64,000 nucleotides of DNA from Lingula anatina. Its lineage: Eukaryota > Animalia > Brachiopoda. Below are positions 40,849 to 58,545 of this stretch, piece by piece. A program made the position numbers and the translations under genes. The notes under the pieces were generated by a model. It was not told where the DNA came from. It saw only the letters and a list, made by a program, of their open reading frames with translations, and did no database searches. The DNA lies in the NCBI GenBank assembly GCA_051362555.1, contig CM120642.1, forward strand, positions 18,910,001-18,974,000, in the 5' to 3' direction. Each line of letters begins with the position of its first letter. Position 1 is the stretch's first letter.

Positions 40849-40899
40849 CCAATCAGAGGAGCGCACGTGCGAGGTTTTGACCAATCCGCTTTCGACACG
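40849..40899 (+). promoter_or_regulatory. Two tandem ER-stress response elements (ERSE-like) of HSPA5
   Basis: CCAAT-N9-GCACG (40849-40867) and CCAAT-N9-ACACG (40881-40899) against the consensus CCAAT-N9-CCACG. TATA-like ATATATTA at ~40959; non-coding first exon ends at ~41074 (AG|GTAGGT). Confidence 0.75.
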
Positions 40900-41408
40900 A
40901 CCGGTACTATCATCCTAAAGCCGTCTTAGTATAGTACGAGTCACCATTAACGGTGACGATATATTAAGAACGAAGGTGCAGGATTGTCATTAATCGGAGA
41001 CAAGACACTGGAGAAAGAGTTTCATAACCGTACCAGCAAATACTGAGGCACATATCACAGTCAAGAAATACAAGGTAGGTATCTTAAATATCTAAATATA
41101 CGAGTTTTACAGTTCGCGTCATTTGAGGTCAACTTGCCGGCAAACATGTGGAGTGAACACGTTTTGTTCAACGATTTCCTGATCATGAATTTATCTTGAA
41201 TATAATATGTCGCATTTTGTTAAGAATCAGCTATCACAGCTGTTCTAAAATATTTTATGTATTTGTAGGTGTGTATGAAAATATTGTTATCGTCATATTA
41301 TATGTTTTCATACCAGTTATTATTAAACCATATCAAATATGAAATAAAGGAAAAGACACCTCGTCACCTTTTAATAGAGAATTGAATTTAAAACGATTTT
41401 TTTTTCAG

Positions 41409-44948
<3,540 letters not shown>

Positions 44949-47292
44949 AAAAACTTCAGACTTAAGTTTTGTTATATAGTAGTTATGTATTTGAAACCAA
45001 ATATTTGAGGTTGTTGTGCTTGAGGAACAAGCTGATGAGTATAATTTTCAGTATTATGGAGAATTTGTGCCTGTGAGATTGTTTCTCGAGTATCTGTACA
45101 GTCGCTGAGTAAAAAAAAGCTGTGATTATGCTTTGCTTTGTGACTTAAAACTATTGTCCATCTCTGCCAATTCCATATTTGTACAGATAATGTCAAATTG
45201 TGTATGTTCTTCTTCAAAAGTAATAGTAGTTGAGATTAGTTCTTGTTCACAGGTTTCACTTGTTTAGAAATAGATTTTTGAGTGAATATTGTAAAAAAAA
45301 AAAATCATTTCCATTGTGATCTCTGTGGAGGATCGAGGTGTATTGTCATTCATTTGAATAAAAAATTGTTATTTATGTAAAAAAAATAGACTTGGTTATT
45401 TGTTTCTTTAATATTGGCAAAAACACCTAATTAAATTTAAAAATCTAAATGTTTGTTAAAGTGGAGTTCATTAAGCTTTGTACATTTTTTTTTATGTGAA
45501 AATGCTTTTAAATTTGAGAGAAAATGGCAAACAAATTATACAAAAACTAGGAGCTCTGCAGTGTGAAAACAGCAAAATGTCATTACTTGCCAGGTTTTAT
45601 AAGCATCTAGTACTGAAAAACCTTTCAACTTAAGCAATATATTTTAGAATATTTAGTATAAATCGGATAAAAGTAAGATTTTGATAATTTCCATATAATT
45701 CTTTCTTCAATTCATTGGCACTTTATTTTTCATCCATTCAAAATGTTTTCAAGATTAATTTCCTATTATACCTTGACCCAACTGATGTTGGTACATGTAA
45801 TCTGTTCATCCCCAGGTCAGTTAACACTTAGGACAAATTCAGTCATTTTCAAAAAATTTTAATTTGACATGTCATTAATATACAAAAGAAGCTTCTGTTT
45901 AATTCATTATTAATTTAATTCTGTGAAATTCCTACTGTGTCTCACATTATTATGACCATTGAATTCTTTTTCTAAAATTTTTCCTTTAATTATCTGACCA
46001 CAATTTCTTTCTGGACAAAACAAGTATGACAAAAGTTTAAAATGTGCACAAAGGCTAGATTTTTCTAAACATATGCCCTTATATTCAATATAACTAAAAT
46101 ATAATTAATATATAGCATATATATATGTCTTAGCAGATTGCTGATATTATCTTATGACTTCATGACTAAAATTACAACTTATAAAACAAAAACATAACAA
46201 CATGAACCAAGGTCTAGAGACAACAGAACAACAATTTCAAGACCCAACCTCAAACTAAGAGAATTAATTTCAACAGTCAATTTGGGCCCTTTTCGCACTG
46301 TGCGATGCACTTCCCCTTTTTCCCACCATTATTGGAGATAGACGACTTCTCTGTCTGGCCATACGCTAGTGAATGATCGAAACAGAACTCCCAATGCTTA
46401 ACATGGCCAATTACAAGATTCATTTCTATTGGCCAAAACAGTGTGAATAGGACTTATATGATGATAACAAAAATAGGTGTTGCAAATTTAATTAGGATTG
46501 AGCTATATTAATTTTATTTAAAATGAATTTGCAGGCCAAAAAAAAAAGTGTTGATATTGTATCCACAGAATTCTTTGATATAACTGCTGCCATACTTGCA
46601 TATCATTCAGTATAATTATCTAAATGCTCTTTATTAGTACTAATATATTTGATATTTTCTTAAAATTGCCCATATTCCACAAATGCTGAAATATGTAATA
46701 TGACTTTATAATTGCTATGTAATATAAAAATGCTGCTCACACATTTTATGATAAGCTTTTTAAACCATCACCTGTTCAGCAGAATACATGATGTAAAAAG
46801 AAAAAGTTTTTCAAAAGGGACAATAAACATTAAACTAAATGCATTTGGACTGTGTTTTCAATTTTTTTAATATTAAATGCCTACTGTGAAACTCCTCAAA
46901 TCAACCAAAAACACCAAATCTGAATGTGCATTTTTGATTAATTTTTGAAACCTCACACAAAATGCTTCCTTTCTAAATGTAAGTCTTACTGTATAAGATG
47001 CTATTACAGCTTAACTATTCCACGTGCATGCACCAGACCTTAAAAGCTGAAAGAAGAAAATTATGGGTTGAATCCCTTGAGGTACGTGACTTTGATATTT
47101 GTATCATATCTGTATTGCATTTTCATAAAATTCACAAACAAGTTCTTGACTATCACTGACAGTGTCGCTGCTCATGACTAATCCAAAATCCTCTGGTATG
47201 GAGGTCACAAAAAATTCTTAAATGGTGACTTCACAATATCCCTGAATATACAAGCAGCAGTTTGACGATGTTAATTTTCATTCATTTCTCTC

Positions 47293-50200
47293 CTACAGTC
47301 TAGACTTGACATTTCTTTCTAGTACTGCACGTATGTTGCCTGACGGTTTGTCAGCTGGTTGGAATATCTGAAAAGACAATACAAAACCCACCTTAATGCA
47401 TGATGTAAAAACGACGGCCCTACATGCTTTTCTCAGCATAAATTAATGTCTAAATGTTGTCCTACTTGGTTACCGTTTTTCAGTATAAATTAATGTTTAA
47501 ATGTCAAAATTAGAGTCTGTGTATAAGGAATCCTCCACATAGCACCTTAAATTACATGAAAATATGTATGTGTCAAAGGCCCGGATCAAATCTAGTCCTA
47601 TGCATAAAAAGCCCAGACCCCATGTTTAATACGCCCTGGCTGGGCCCATTCTTTATGGTGTCTTTGCATTGTTAACAGCATATTGGGCAAGTTAATTAAC
47701 AAAGTTAATTGGCCAAGCTGCCAGTTTGTTTGTATGGCATGTGCAGGGGATGTCTTAGATCAAGGCACATATTATTATTCTTACAGGTGTGGCAAATGAG
47801 ATATAGTATTTCATTACCTGTGATTTGTAAAATACATCTGAGGATCATACTTTTAAAGATGTTTAATGTTTAAAGAAAAGACGTAGATTGATTTAGTCAC
47901 ATTTACTAAAGAAACGGTTAATTAAAGGTGGGCTCCATTTGTTAGTGTGTTATTTTAGTTATCTAGATTTTATACAGATTGTAGGAAAAAGTTTGCTCTT
48001 TAATGTTTTGTTGACCTTTTGGGAAAATCTCTGCATTTTCTTAAGGATAATTAAAGATAGGTGTGAATTACTAGTAAAACTTTGCTCTATTTGCAGGCAC
48101 AGCTATAAAAAAACTCCCTAAAGTTATATTTTTATTTACATCATAATCTATGCCAGTTTAGAACACTGATAAAGTCGATTTATTAGGATACATTAGGATA
48201 CATCTTCAGATGTATTTTACAAATCACAGGTAATGAAATACTTTATCTCATTTGCCACATCTGTAGGTCTAATAATATGTGCCTTGATCTAAGGCATTCC
48301 CTGCACATGCCATACAAACAAACTGGCAGCTTGGCCAATTAACTTGGTCAATTAACTTGCCCATTATGCTGTTAACAATGCAAAGACAACATAAAGAATG
48401 GGCCCAGCCAGGGTGTAATAAACATGGGGTCTAGGCTTTTTATACATAGGACTAGATTTGGTCTGGGCCTTTGACATATATATTTCTTAAACATAATGCT
48501 ACTTATAAGTTCATTTAAAATGTGCCAATGATATAAAACATGTAACTGTGCTATCAGATTAGTAAAACATCCTCAAATATAAGTATTTTCTCTCACTCAC
48601 TTCATTATTGTCTGTGATTCCCAATTTTGTAAACTTGCTGAAGTCAAATTTGTAGGCGTGCACATTTGGCAGCACCAATTCTATGCGGCTGATCTGAAAG
48701 ATGATACGAGACCAATTACAGTACAGCATATTCGCAGCATAAATGATTCTAAAGGAGTTTCACCTTCACTCAATATACTGCAGGTGAAATTGTTTTGACA
48801 AGACAGATTTTAAATACACCTGAACTTAATGGGAAAATAAAGAAATAAATAAAAATTATTTTACATAAATATGGTCCCTTCTACACATTGATGACAAGGG
48901 TACCTATTATGAAAGACCGTAAATCATGTAAAACACTACCTGGTAACTATTAACCAGAATGCCATGAGGAAGAGGAGAAGGAAGAAGAAAACTTACCTGT
49001 GGGACCTTGGACAGAGCCTGCTTTTGAGCAAGATAAAGTGTATGCTGGACAGAGGGAGAGAACAATCCTTGGTCGGGAGGACCAGCAAATTTGTCCAGGA
49101 TGGCACTTTTTACTGCAGACCTGTAAAAATATAAGAATATATATAATATTACCTAGTATATAAATTTGTTGTGTACAACTTTGGAGGCTCAAATGCTGCA
49201 AGCAAATGGCAACAACTGTTCCTCTACACAGGATAGCAAAATGCGATTTAAGTTTCTCCAGATACAAGAATGATATGTTCATTGAATGATTTTTACACGA
49301 TTGATATATTTCGCCCCAATCAGTGTTCTTATTTTTTGATAGAAAAATAATAGTGAAACAAATGTCTTATCTTAAATTAAATTTCAAAGCAATAAATAAA
49401 TGGCAGCAAAAGAAAGCTTTCTTTTGGTTGAAAAATCAAGTTGTAAAAAGAATCTGTTTATGGCTCACTGATATGCAGATTTAAAAACGAAGACAAGGGC
49501 ACACCTTCGATTAAAACACGGGTCACCTGCATTCACTTTATTTTAAGTTCTTACCATGAATTACAATAAGCTAGCCCCTCAGTTGTGCTGTAATCCCACT
49601 TTGCCTGAACCACAGTGCAAAAGATTCGATCACTCATGTCTGGCAAGATGCGATACTCGTCATCCACAAAATTGACAAAGGAAGAGGCGGTGGTTTTCAG
49701 AATCTTCATGCCCTTCAATCCAGCGCTGACCTTGGGAACACCTAGAACCATGAGGCATGTTACAGAAGAGGTACAATAAATCTAATGATTGACTTTCTTA
49801 TTAATAAAGCTACGGTCCATTGTTGTGATCAGTACCACTGATCTTCAACAGGTGCCAGTTTCCTAAAAAAATTTAAGTTAGTTAGTTCCCTGGCTTAGCT
49901 GACTACGATTTCCATGAGGGTGCTGTTACACTGCTCCTGATAGGGTAAGATATGACCATGTAGCCTTGGTAGTTAAGTTCTCAGCCAGGGAACCTGATTT
50001 CAGTTTTTTGTGAAACCAGGGCCAGGGAAATGAGTGCGAGTGACTTGAGGGGTAACTAAAGATAACAATGTAAATTTGGATTTTCTACTTTTCCTCTTAA
50101 TTAAATGATATCACACCATTGGATGAATAAGAATACTCCCTCCTTTGTGATATGTATTGCTGGTCATGTGAAAGTAAGTTTCCTTACAGTTACAAGTGTA

Positions 50201-53200
50201 ATGAAACTGACAGTTTTTGTTCTGTAGTCATACAAAAAAATGCTCAAACTTTTAAACAGAAAAACATACACTTTTCCTGAATGCCCCAAAGCAATTTAAT
50301 TAGGCATAGCAAATGTTTTTTAGGCATATGCACATATTATGCATTAGGTTAGTTGAAATTAATTTACCCATCCTACCAGTCATATTACTTAATAATGTTT
50401 CACCAAATCACTTCTGAAAAGACTGAAATAAATGTTTTTCATTGTTTTTAGCATAATTTGATCTCCAACACTTTTCAATTTTTTTTTATGTTTCTGAGCT
50501 TCGTCCATCTCCTCTTGAGTCTACATGTAATCCAGAATTTCTTATTAGACCGGACATATTAAAGGATATCACGCTAGGCTATGGCATTTCATGATGACAT
50601 GTGAGACTAGAAAATGTACAGCAATCACGTGAGTTTTCAAGGTGAAACTCTATGCATCAGAAATCAAGTTACTGTATAAGAAAGCAATGCAGTGATACAT
50701 TTTGAGAAACAACCCAGTTTCTAACTAGACCTGACATCTGTATAAAACAGATAATGATGTAGATCAGGAAACCATTAACCTGCAATCAACCTTTGAGTTA
50801 TTAATAATTTCATCTGTGGTTGTCTGATTATTCTCAACAGGGAAAAAAAATCAATAAAATTCTCCTTAGGCATCATATACGAAACCAAACCATTTTTATG
50901 AAGGAATTATGTAATAAATGTGTTTTTCCTTTCCATAAAGCTGATTATAGAGGTTTAATACAACCATATACATATCATTACCTTATCATTATCATTCTCT
51001 TACTACAGTACAAGTATATTTTTACAATTACTATAGGGTCTCACAATATATTCTATAATACTGCAGTATTGAGACTACAATGACAGTTTTGAAATAAGTT
51101 TACACAAAAACAGATACAAAGACAATGTTCCATCAAGGTATATTGTTCCAAAGTTATAGTGGATGAACACAGTAAAAGGGCTAAATGAGGGTAGATACAC
51201 ATGTACTAGTACATAATTGAGAACCAGATGTTAATTACATAAGGTTTAAGTTACTCCCTGAAACTTGCTAAAATTGTTGATTAGTGTTTGTGGTTCCATG
51301 TTATAAAATTAATATAAAAAAATCCTGCAGTCACCTGCAGTTCAGATCATTCAAATCTAACTGCACATGTATCTATAATCCATAATAACTGTCACTGATA
51401 GGAAATTGCATTGTCAATGTGAGGAAATAGGTTTTCATGGGTTCTCTAAAAAAATATACTTAAGACAGCATGTTTGGTCCAGGAAAACAAAAGTCAATAT
51501 TTCAGTTGTAACAGGGCTTTTCTTAAAGGTCTAAGGCTGTATTCCCAGGGCTTTTAGATCGATCTATCCCCGCGGGGAGTCTCACTAGATTACTGTCAGA
51601 TAATCCGGCTTAAATGTCCGTCCCGCCTACTACAAGCTGTAAGGGGGTAATTAACTTTCGTGTCCGTCCGGCTGACAGCTATTTAGCGTGAACCCCCAGG
51701 GAGTTAGGTCGATCTAAAGTAGATCGATCTAATCTCTGGAAATGGGGTCTAACTGTATCTCTGTCCAATAGATGAATAAATCTAGTCTTTTTTCTCTATT
51801 CAATTTGGTAGTGCATGGACAACATTGTTTTTATCCTTCAGCAGGGAAATCTAACGCTGAAGGTAGGGGCATTTCATTGTTTCTATTTAGAACTCTTATC
51901 AGTCTGGTGCTCATATTATCTTGCTTGTTTCATCAAATATGACAAATTTGGTTGTTTTATTTATAAAATTTTGACTCGGTCACTTCATAGCTTTTCTCAG
52001 CCAAATTAAAGAAAGATCCTGTATTTCCTTGCACTGTCTTAAGTGCTTGCATGGATCCTAACCTAAACAAAATTATTCCTTGATAAATGGACTTACCATG
52101 TTTTTCCTGTATAACATCACAGAATCGTATGCATTCAGGGCTAGAGATGAATGCATGCACATGTTCCCGTCCTCCCTGAAATGAAATAAAAATGCCAGAA
52201 TGCTTTGAGAAAACACAATTCATTTTTAACTTGCACAAGAAAATAATTCATTATGATCAGTTTGCTTTCTTTATTTCAAAATTTTTTCACAAAATTTATA
52301 CAATCCTGAAAAATATAAATAGAGGCTAATGAAGTTTGCATCAAGTTGAAAAAAATTAATAAAAATATTAAAGTATTTATTTACTTTCTGAAAAAGATTC
52401 AAAACAGTTCAGCCGTGAATTAACTATTATAATAAATTGGGTTTACCTGCTGTATCCTCTTCCAAGGAGCCTGCTCTATATGGATATTTGCCTTAACCAC
52501 CCATGGATACTTGGTCAAGAAGTGATTGGCTAAAATCTGAGCAAACACTTCAATGGTATCTATCTGAAGAAAAGAAAGTCTTCATCAGGTTATTTTTCAA
52601 TTCATCAAGATACACCCTGAGTTTAAAGTAACTCAAAATGGGTATGATATAGTGTAGAGGTAAGTTTCAAGTTATCTCTGAAACTCAGGTTGTCAAAATA
52701 AGATGGGCGAGAGAACATACAGTCTTTATGCAAGTTGGACATACTATAATGTTGTATTTGTAAACAGGATATAAATAAAAATTTCCAAAATATTTTGTCA
52801 AAATGAATGTACAGAAAATCAAATTGAAAAACTCTCCACTGTCTTTATAGTTTAAGTTAAACCCTCCTGGATGTTTTTTTCCCCTATTCCCTTTTATCAA
52901 GGAAGAAAATGCAGACACATCATACGTATAATGGTATATAGAACAATCAAATTAATTTCTCCTCTTATTATTACTGTCTAAACAATTGTGCAACAATAAA
53001 GAGCTTATATATATCCATCACCATCCAAGTAAATATTTAATTTGTATTGTCAGATCCAGCTACACCTGTCATTTAACACAAATGTATGGATGCTATCAAA
53101 GTCTAGGTATGAAACTAACTTAAGTGATGTTGTGTTACTTTTAGGCACCACTGCAAATATTGACATTATCCTAATGTCAAATTGCATTATGTTATTAAAA

Positions 53201-53874
53201 TCATTACAACTTATCCTTGGCAGTTTGGACTATGATATCAATATTAAAACAATTCAACTTTCACAAAAAAGGAATATTCACATTTATACTGAGAACAAAA
53301 GATGTGGTGTATTTTACAAGCATATATTAAATGCGTGAATTCATGACACACTAAGTCTAGACTTTTTGTTTTAGACATTACAGTAAATGTCACACTCAAT
53401 TCCAACACGAATTTGCAATGGTGATGGATATGTGGCATCTGCTCATGCTTCATCCTCTGGGGTATATCTTTCTTATTATTAAATATCAGAAAAGAAAACT
53501 ATTAATTCTACCTAAGATCATATTGCTGTATCAGTTTTCTTTAACGTGCATCTTACATTAAAAAGTCTATTCAAAACTTTGAATTTTAGAGTCTAAATAA
53601 ATAATATTTATTATCATAATTATTATTATCATCACCACATACTGACCCCATTCTGTTTAGCCAGAATATAACAGGTGTTCTTCTGTGAATCAGTCGCAAT
53701 GACATCAGTGTTGTCACCTCTTAGATAGTCTTTCTTTGAGCTCAGTGTCAAGGCTGTGTTGATTTCCAGCTCCTGTACATGGTGCACCCGGCCCTCGCGG
53801 CGTACTTTAAGTAACTTGACATAGTTCTTGCCATAGTCACTGTCTGCTATCTGCACTTCATGGTCTGATAACAT
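47293..53874 (-). CDS. UOX: Urate oxidase (uricase), about 300 aa, intact
   Basis: Exons 53647-53874, 52447-52563, 52097-52175, 49555-49741, 48997-49120, 48601-48693, 47293-47367. Motifs YGKNYVK, IATDSQKNT, ILKTT, SPSVQ, LPNVH, DKPSG; peroxisomal PTS1 -SRL*. Acceptor 4 nt before the ATG; probable 5'UTR exon donor at ~56421. Confidence 0.96.
47569..48478. mobile_element. Foldback-type non-autonomous element with ~270-bp TIRs in uricase intron 6
   Basis: 47569-47842 is the near-perfect reverse complement of 48201-48478 (TGTGTCAAAGGCCC ... GGGCCTTTGACATA). Confidence 0.88.
49851..50024. mobile_element. Degenerate MITE
   Basis: Inverted subterminal repeats GTTCCCTGGCTTAG / CTCAGCCAGGGAAC. Confidence 0.45.
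51532..51752. mobile_element. PIF/Harbinger (Tourist)-like MITE
   Basis: TAA-flanked; inverted ends ATTCCCAG...AGATCGATCT / AGATCGATCT...CTGGAAAT; near-identical copy at 60288-60507. Confidence 0.75.
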
Positions 53875-54556
53875 GGTGCTTTAAAAACATGCAAGAAATA
53901 CAGACGATTCAGATTAAAAGACTACAAAAATGTAACAAGTTATATATGGTAGTCAGTTGCAATAATATTGTTGACCTCTTTTTTAACCCAGTGAAATACC
54001 TATGTGAGTTGGAAAAACTTGGTAATTTTTTAAACAAATGATAATTAAGAAACAAAATAGTGTCAAACCAAGTCCATAAGGGAATCTTGGTTATTAATTT
54101 ACAACAAAACATGGATAGGAAATAGAGGTTGAGCTTCAGAGACGAACGATGCACGGTTCTTTATTTTCACACTTACTGGATGCCCACACGTAAAATTTCT
54201 GTTATATACAAAGAATTAAAATTTTTGAATGCCCTGAAACAGCTAGGACAGGTAGAAATGTAATCCCAGTCACTTCTACCTGTCCTAGCTTTCAAAGCAC
54301 TGCACTAAGTCTGTCTCCAAACCATCACGTGGTTATTTTTCACAGTCGTCTCGCCATGAAATAAATTATTTCTAGACTGCTTTTAAGGCACAATTTAAAA
54401 CATGCATGAACTAATGACACTGCTGCATGCTGAGGGACATCTAGGCAAAGAAAAAAGGATTCTGTAGTTTAGCTTCTTCCATATAGCTGAACAAATTCAA
54501 TTATTGGACCTGGTATATTTATACACTGAGTGCTGTGTGATTTTTTTTTAAATTAA

Positions 54557-54893
54557 AGGGATAATAACTCTTCGTTTCGGCCAAAAAATGAATTTTCCTG
54601 GAGTAAACAACAATTTTCCCATACTTACCAATGGTTAATGAATCCATTTTTACATTCAAAGTTAGTCCCTGGTTTTTTTCTAAAAAGTTTGGTTTTTTGT
54701 TAAAATCTCTTAAGAGATTTTAACAGAGTATAGCCATCAATGGAGGTCACGTGGTCTAAAGACAAGCTCAGATATCAGAATAATAGCTATAACTGCCGTT
54801 TTTGTGGTAAAACAGGATATATTATATTTCTATGAGTTATTCACAATGTTTTTGTTGTGAAATATAGATTTCATCCGAAGAGTTATTATCCCT
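54557..54893. mobile_element. TTAA-flanked MITE (Kolobok-like)
   Basis: TTAA|AGGGATAATAACTCTTCG ... CGAAGAGTTATTATCCCT|TTAA: perfect 18-bp TIR and TTAA target-site duplication. Confidence 0.85.
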
Positions 54894-57340
54894 TTAATCT
54901 TCCCCAGTATAAAGTTATACATAACCAATAAATAGTGCCTACCCTTTATTAGTCTGTAAAAGATGTTCAGTGTTTTGTTAATGAACCAGTATATTTATAT
55001 ATTATTAACATTAAAGTGGAAGTGTGGCCCAAGCCCACATCTGACATGTTTTGACAATGTTCATTCCTAGCCTGCAAGGTTTTGTGTCAGGAAAAGGTCA
55101 AACATTCCATATTCAATTGACTATGTTTATGAAAATGAAATAAAACTTGTTTCATATAATTAAAGGCAGACTAAAAAACAGGGGTTCATTCACATTTTTA
55201 CCTTTGAAATTGATATTTTCTAACCATAGTTCTTCATGTTACAGTTAATTTACTAGACAGTAATACGTACACTGGTTTCTTCTCTATATGCAGTTACATA
55301 GTTATATATACTTAAGATCAATGAACACCTTGAGAACATTTATCAATACTTTGACTTGAACCACTGAACCTCTGCAGATAAATGCCAGATAGGTATTATA
55401 AAAACTAGGTTGTTTACTAGTTAAAGACCTTTATAAGTGAAAGTGATTCAAATTGACCTTGATGCTGGTGGCCTTGGTACAGGGACCCTAATCACCTTTG
55501 AGTTGGCTCATTTTTTGTAGCACTAATAAAGTGCGGATGTCCTTGATGTTATCAAGAATATTTTACCAGTATTATGAATAATGCTAAAAAATATTCATTT
55601 CAATGACCCTCTCCTGCACTTTTATTTGCTGTACCATGAAACACTGGCAGAATTCCAACTTGCCATTTCTGATAAGGTTGCATGTTATTTCTGCACACGA
55701 TGGTCACTTTTTGCTGACCAGTCACGGCTGCATACATGTTCAACAACATGTGCAAATGGTCTACAGTGCATGTATACCTCAAGTTGTCATGGTGATCCCA
55801 TCCATCCCTTACTACATGCATCATCTGCAGGTATCATTTCATTATCTGAGTTGCTTTATAACATCTCAAGTATTAGGGTCTAAAATGTTGTTTCCAACTG
55901 CACTTAAATAGCATTAGAGATTGACAGTACAATATGTGTGCTACATGAATAGTCACCCGGCCTTGGTACTTAGCACCACTGTCCATTTTTCAATTTATGT
56001 GTGTACTATTTCAAGGTAGCACCACTCTTAGACAAATGTCGAAGGCAAATATCCAGGTTGGCTTTTCAGCAGTAAGGTGAGGGGCAAGCAAAAGATTGGC
56101 AGCTGACATGCAGATATACATGCTGTCTTTCGTTTTATAGTTATGTGCACCTTAACATGTATATCTTGTGTGTGTATAACTATATAGTTAGGAAATATAC
56201 TCAAGTAAATAATTCAACCAATTTGTACACATAAGGAAAGCAAAAAGAAATACATAAAATTGTATAAACAGATGTCAACAATTAACTTGAGTATTTAGCA
56301 AGAAAATTGACCTCCTTTTGTACTACAGAGTACGTCTTCAAAGTGATTTTTTAGATTTATGAAATAAAAATTATTCTTAACACACATTTGCGTTATGTTT
56401 GTCAAATCACGCTTTGCTTACCTTGGTTATGATGACTCTGTGTGAAGAGATTTTTACAGACAGAGAGTGATCAACACAATAGTCAGTATTTTTAAGTCAG
56501 CGATGTACAGTAATGCCAATAAATGCCCAGTAAAGTCAGTAAAGGCTCAGTTCATGCTTGACTGAGATAAGACATCGATCTGCTACAACTATCACTTTCT
56601 AAGTCTCAGTCCCAACTCACTACAGCTAGTTAGGTTAAAACTTAATGTCGTTATGTAACTTGTTTACAATGTGCACAATCCTCACCTGTTTTAGATTGGG
56701 TCAAATGCACGTATCGTTTAAATCAATTTGGGTAGACTAAGGTTTCAGTTCTGTCGATCAACTGTAGCAGCAAGCGGTGAGCTTCGGAGGGTGGGCTACG
56801 TGACTTTAAGTCCCGGCGTTGAACTTGAGAGGCATGGGTTGAATGCATGCTTATCTGAGTAAGAACGGAGCCCTAAAGTGGGATTTTATATGGGATTTTA
56901 GAGAAGGTTAGGAAAAATAACAATCATGAACTTTGCAAAACTAAAATACGAAGTAAAATTTAAAGAAAGTAAGCATAAAAAGTTTAAATTACTGATGCAC
57001 AAAAATTTCAAAAATTAAAATCAAGGCAGAATCTTTTTGTTACGGAAAATAATATATCATTTTGGGCTTTGAATAAAATCATAGGTTAAAAGAGGTCAAA
57101 GTTGACTCAATATTTACATGCGCCATAAAGTTGAACATTGCATTAATTTTATTTGAGACATTACAAAAGAAATAAATAAGATGCTTATCTATTTTTATTA
57201 TTAATTTTTAAATGATTTTATTTTTGAATACATAAAAAAGTATCAATTTTTAAATGGTTTTATTTTTGAATACATGAAAAACGTCTCTGGTTACGAATTT
57301 CAATTAACGTCAAATTTAGACACGCGGTATACTCAGTGAC

Positions 57341-57350
57341 CTCACGTGAC
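57341..57350 (+). promoter_or_regulatory. CLEAR-like E-box upstream of DNase II
   Basis: CTCACGTGAC (consensus GTCACGTGAC) ending 38 bp before the ATG. Confidence 0.55.
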
Positions 57351-57387
57351 CTTTAAGTTTCAGGCGAGCAAGTAGCCGAAAGCAAGG

Positions 57388-58460
57388 ATGGAAACACCTT
57401 TCGTGTTGCTGTTTATATGCTGTTTATCTATCTACATCAACAACTGTTGGTCGAGCCTACAGTGTGTTGGTGAGAATGGAAAGGCAGTAGATTGGTAAGT
57501 GGTGTGCAAATGGACTGACACCTGTTTTTTTATTGGGGAATCGCCGGAGATATCTCAAAGATTCTTCTCAGCCTTCGCTGCGGTGTAATTATATTATTTT
57601 GCTTCCTGGCTAAGATAAAAGTGTAGTGTAGTAGTCGGTGTCCAACCTTCGACGTATTTTTTTTTTTTTTTTTTTGAAATAGATTTAATGATTTTATAGA
57701 TTTACAATTTTACAAATCACATGATGATGATGGTGTTTCTGTAATTGAGGCAAGAATGTGGATCGGTCTTGCCAGGTTAAGGTTAATGCCTAGTCAGCTG
57801 ATCTCTCTTCCATGAGTCATGTAAAGAACAGTGCCTATAGCCGATCATACACCCCAGTTAATTGTAAACATGCAGAGACTATGCACCAGTAGCCTTTATT
57901 ATCTTAACTTGTTGTTATGAATCATCAGAATGGTACAAATCACATGATGGAGCATTACAGGATTAGTACAAATGAAAGCCCTTTTTCGCAATGTGGGGTA
58001 CACTTTAAATTTCTGTTCCAGGCCATTTTGAAAGATTGACAACATAATAACCATGGCTATTACAGAAGAGTGTCATATAGATAAAGTCTCCACATATCTT
58101 ATTCTACGTACCACACTTCTAAATACTGTACAAGTGTCATTATGTGTGTCTTTATAAGGATGAAATATTTGCAAAACAGACAAGAAATATATATTTTTTA
58201 ATTCAAATCTTATTTACAGGTTTATTGCCTACAAGATTCCAAAGATAGCCGAAAGCTCGAATCCATTTGTAAAGGAAGGCTTGGCATATTTCTATATGGA
58301 CAATAATACTGTGTCAGTGGCATGGGCACTTTCAAATAATTCGTTAAACGGTACTGGAGGTGCCATCTATAAGACATTAGAGCCACTTTACAAAGCTGAA
58401 AACACCACGGAGGTAAAAAGTATTTTAACAGTATTAGCTTCAATTGTTATATTTTGTATC

Positions 58461-58545
<85 letters not shown>

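Noticed and set aside
47293-53874. Uricase pseudogene
   Set aside because: All exons are in phase without stops, and the catalytic motifs and PTS1 are present.
55581-55911. Overlapping 74-102 aa ORFs between uricase and DNase II
   Set aside because: No homology cues or exon structure; they fall inside the probable uricase 5'UTR intron.
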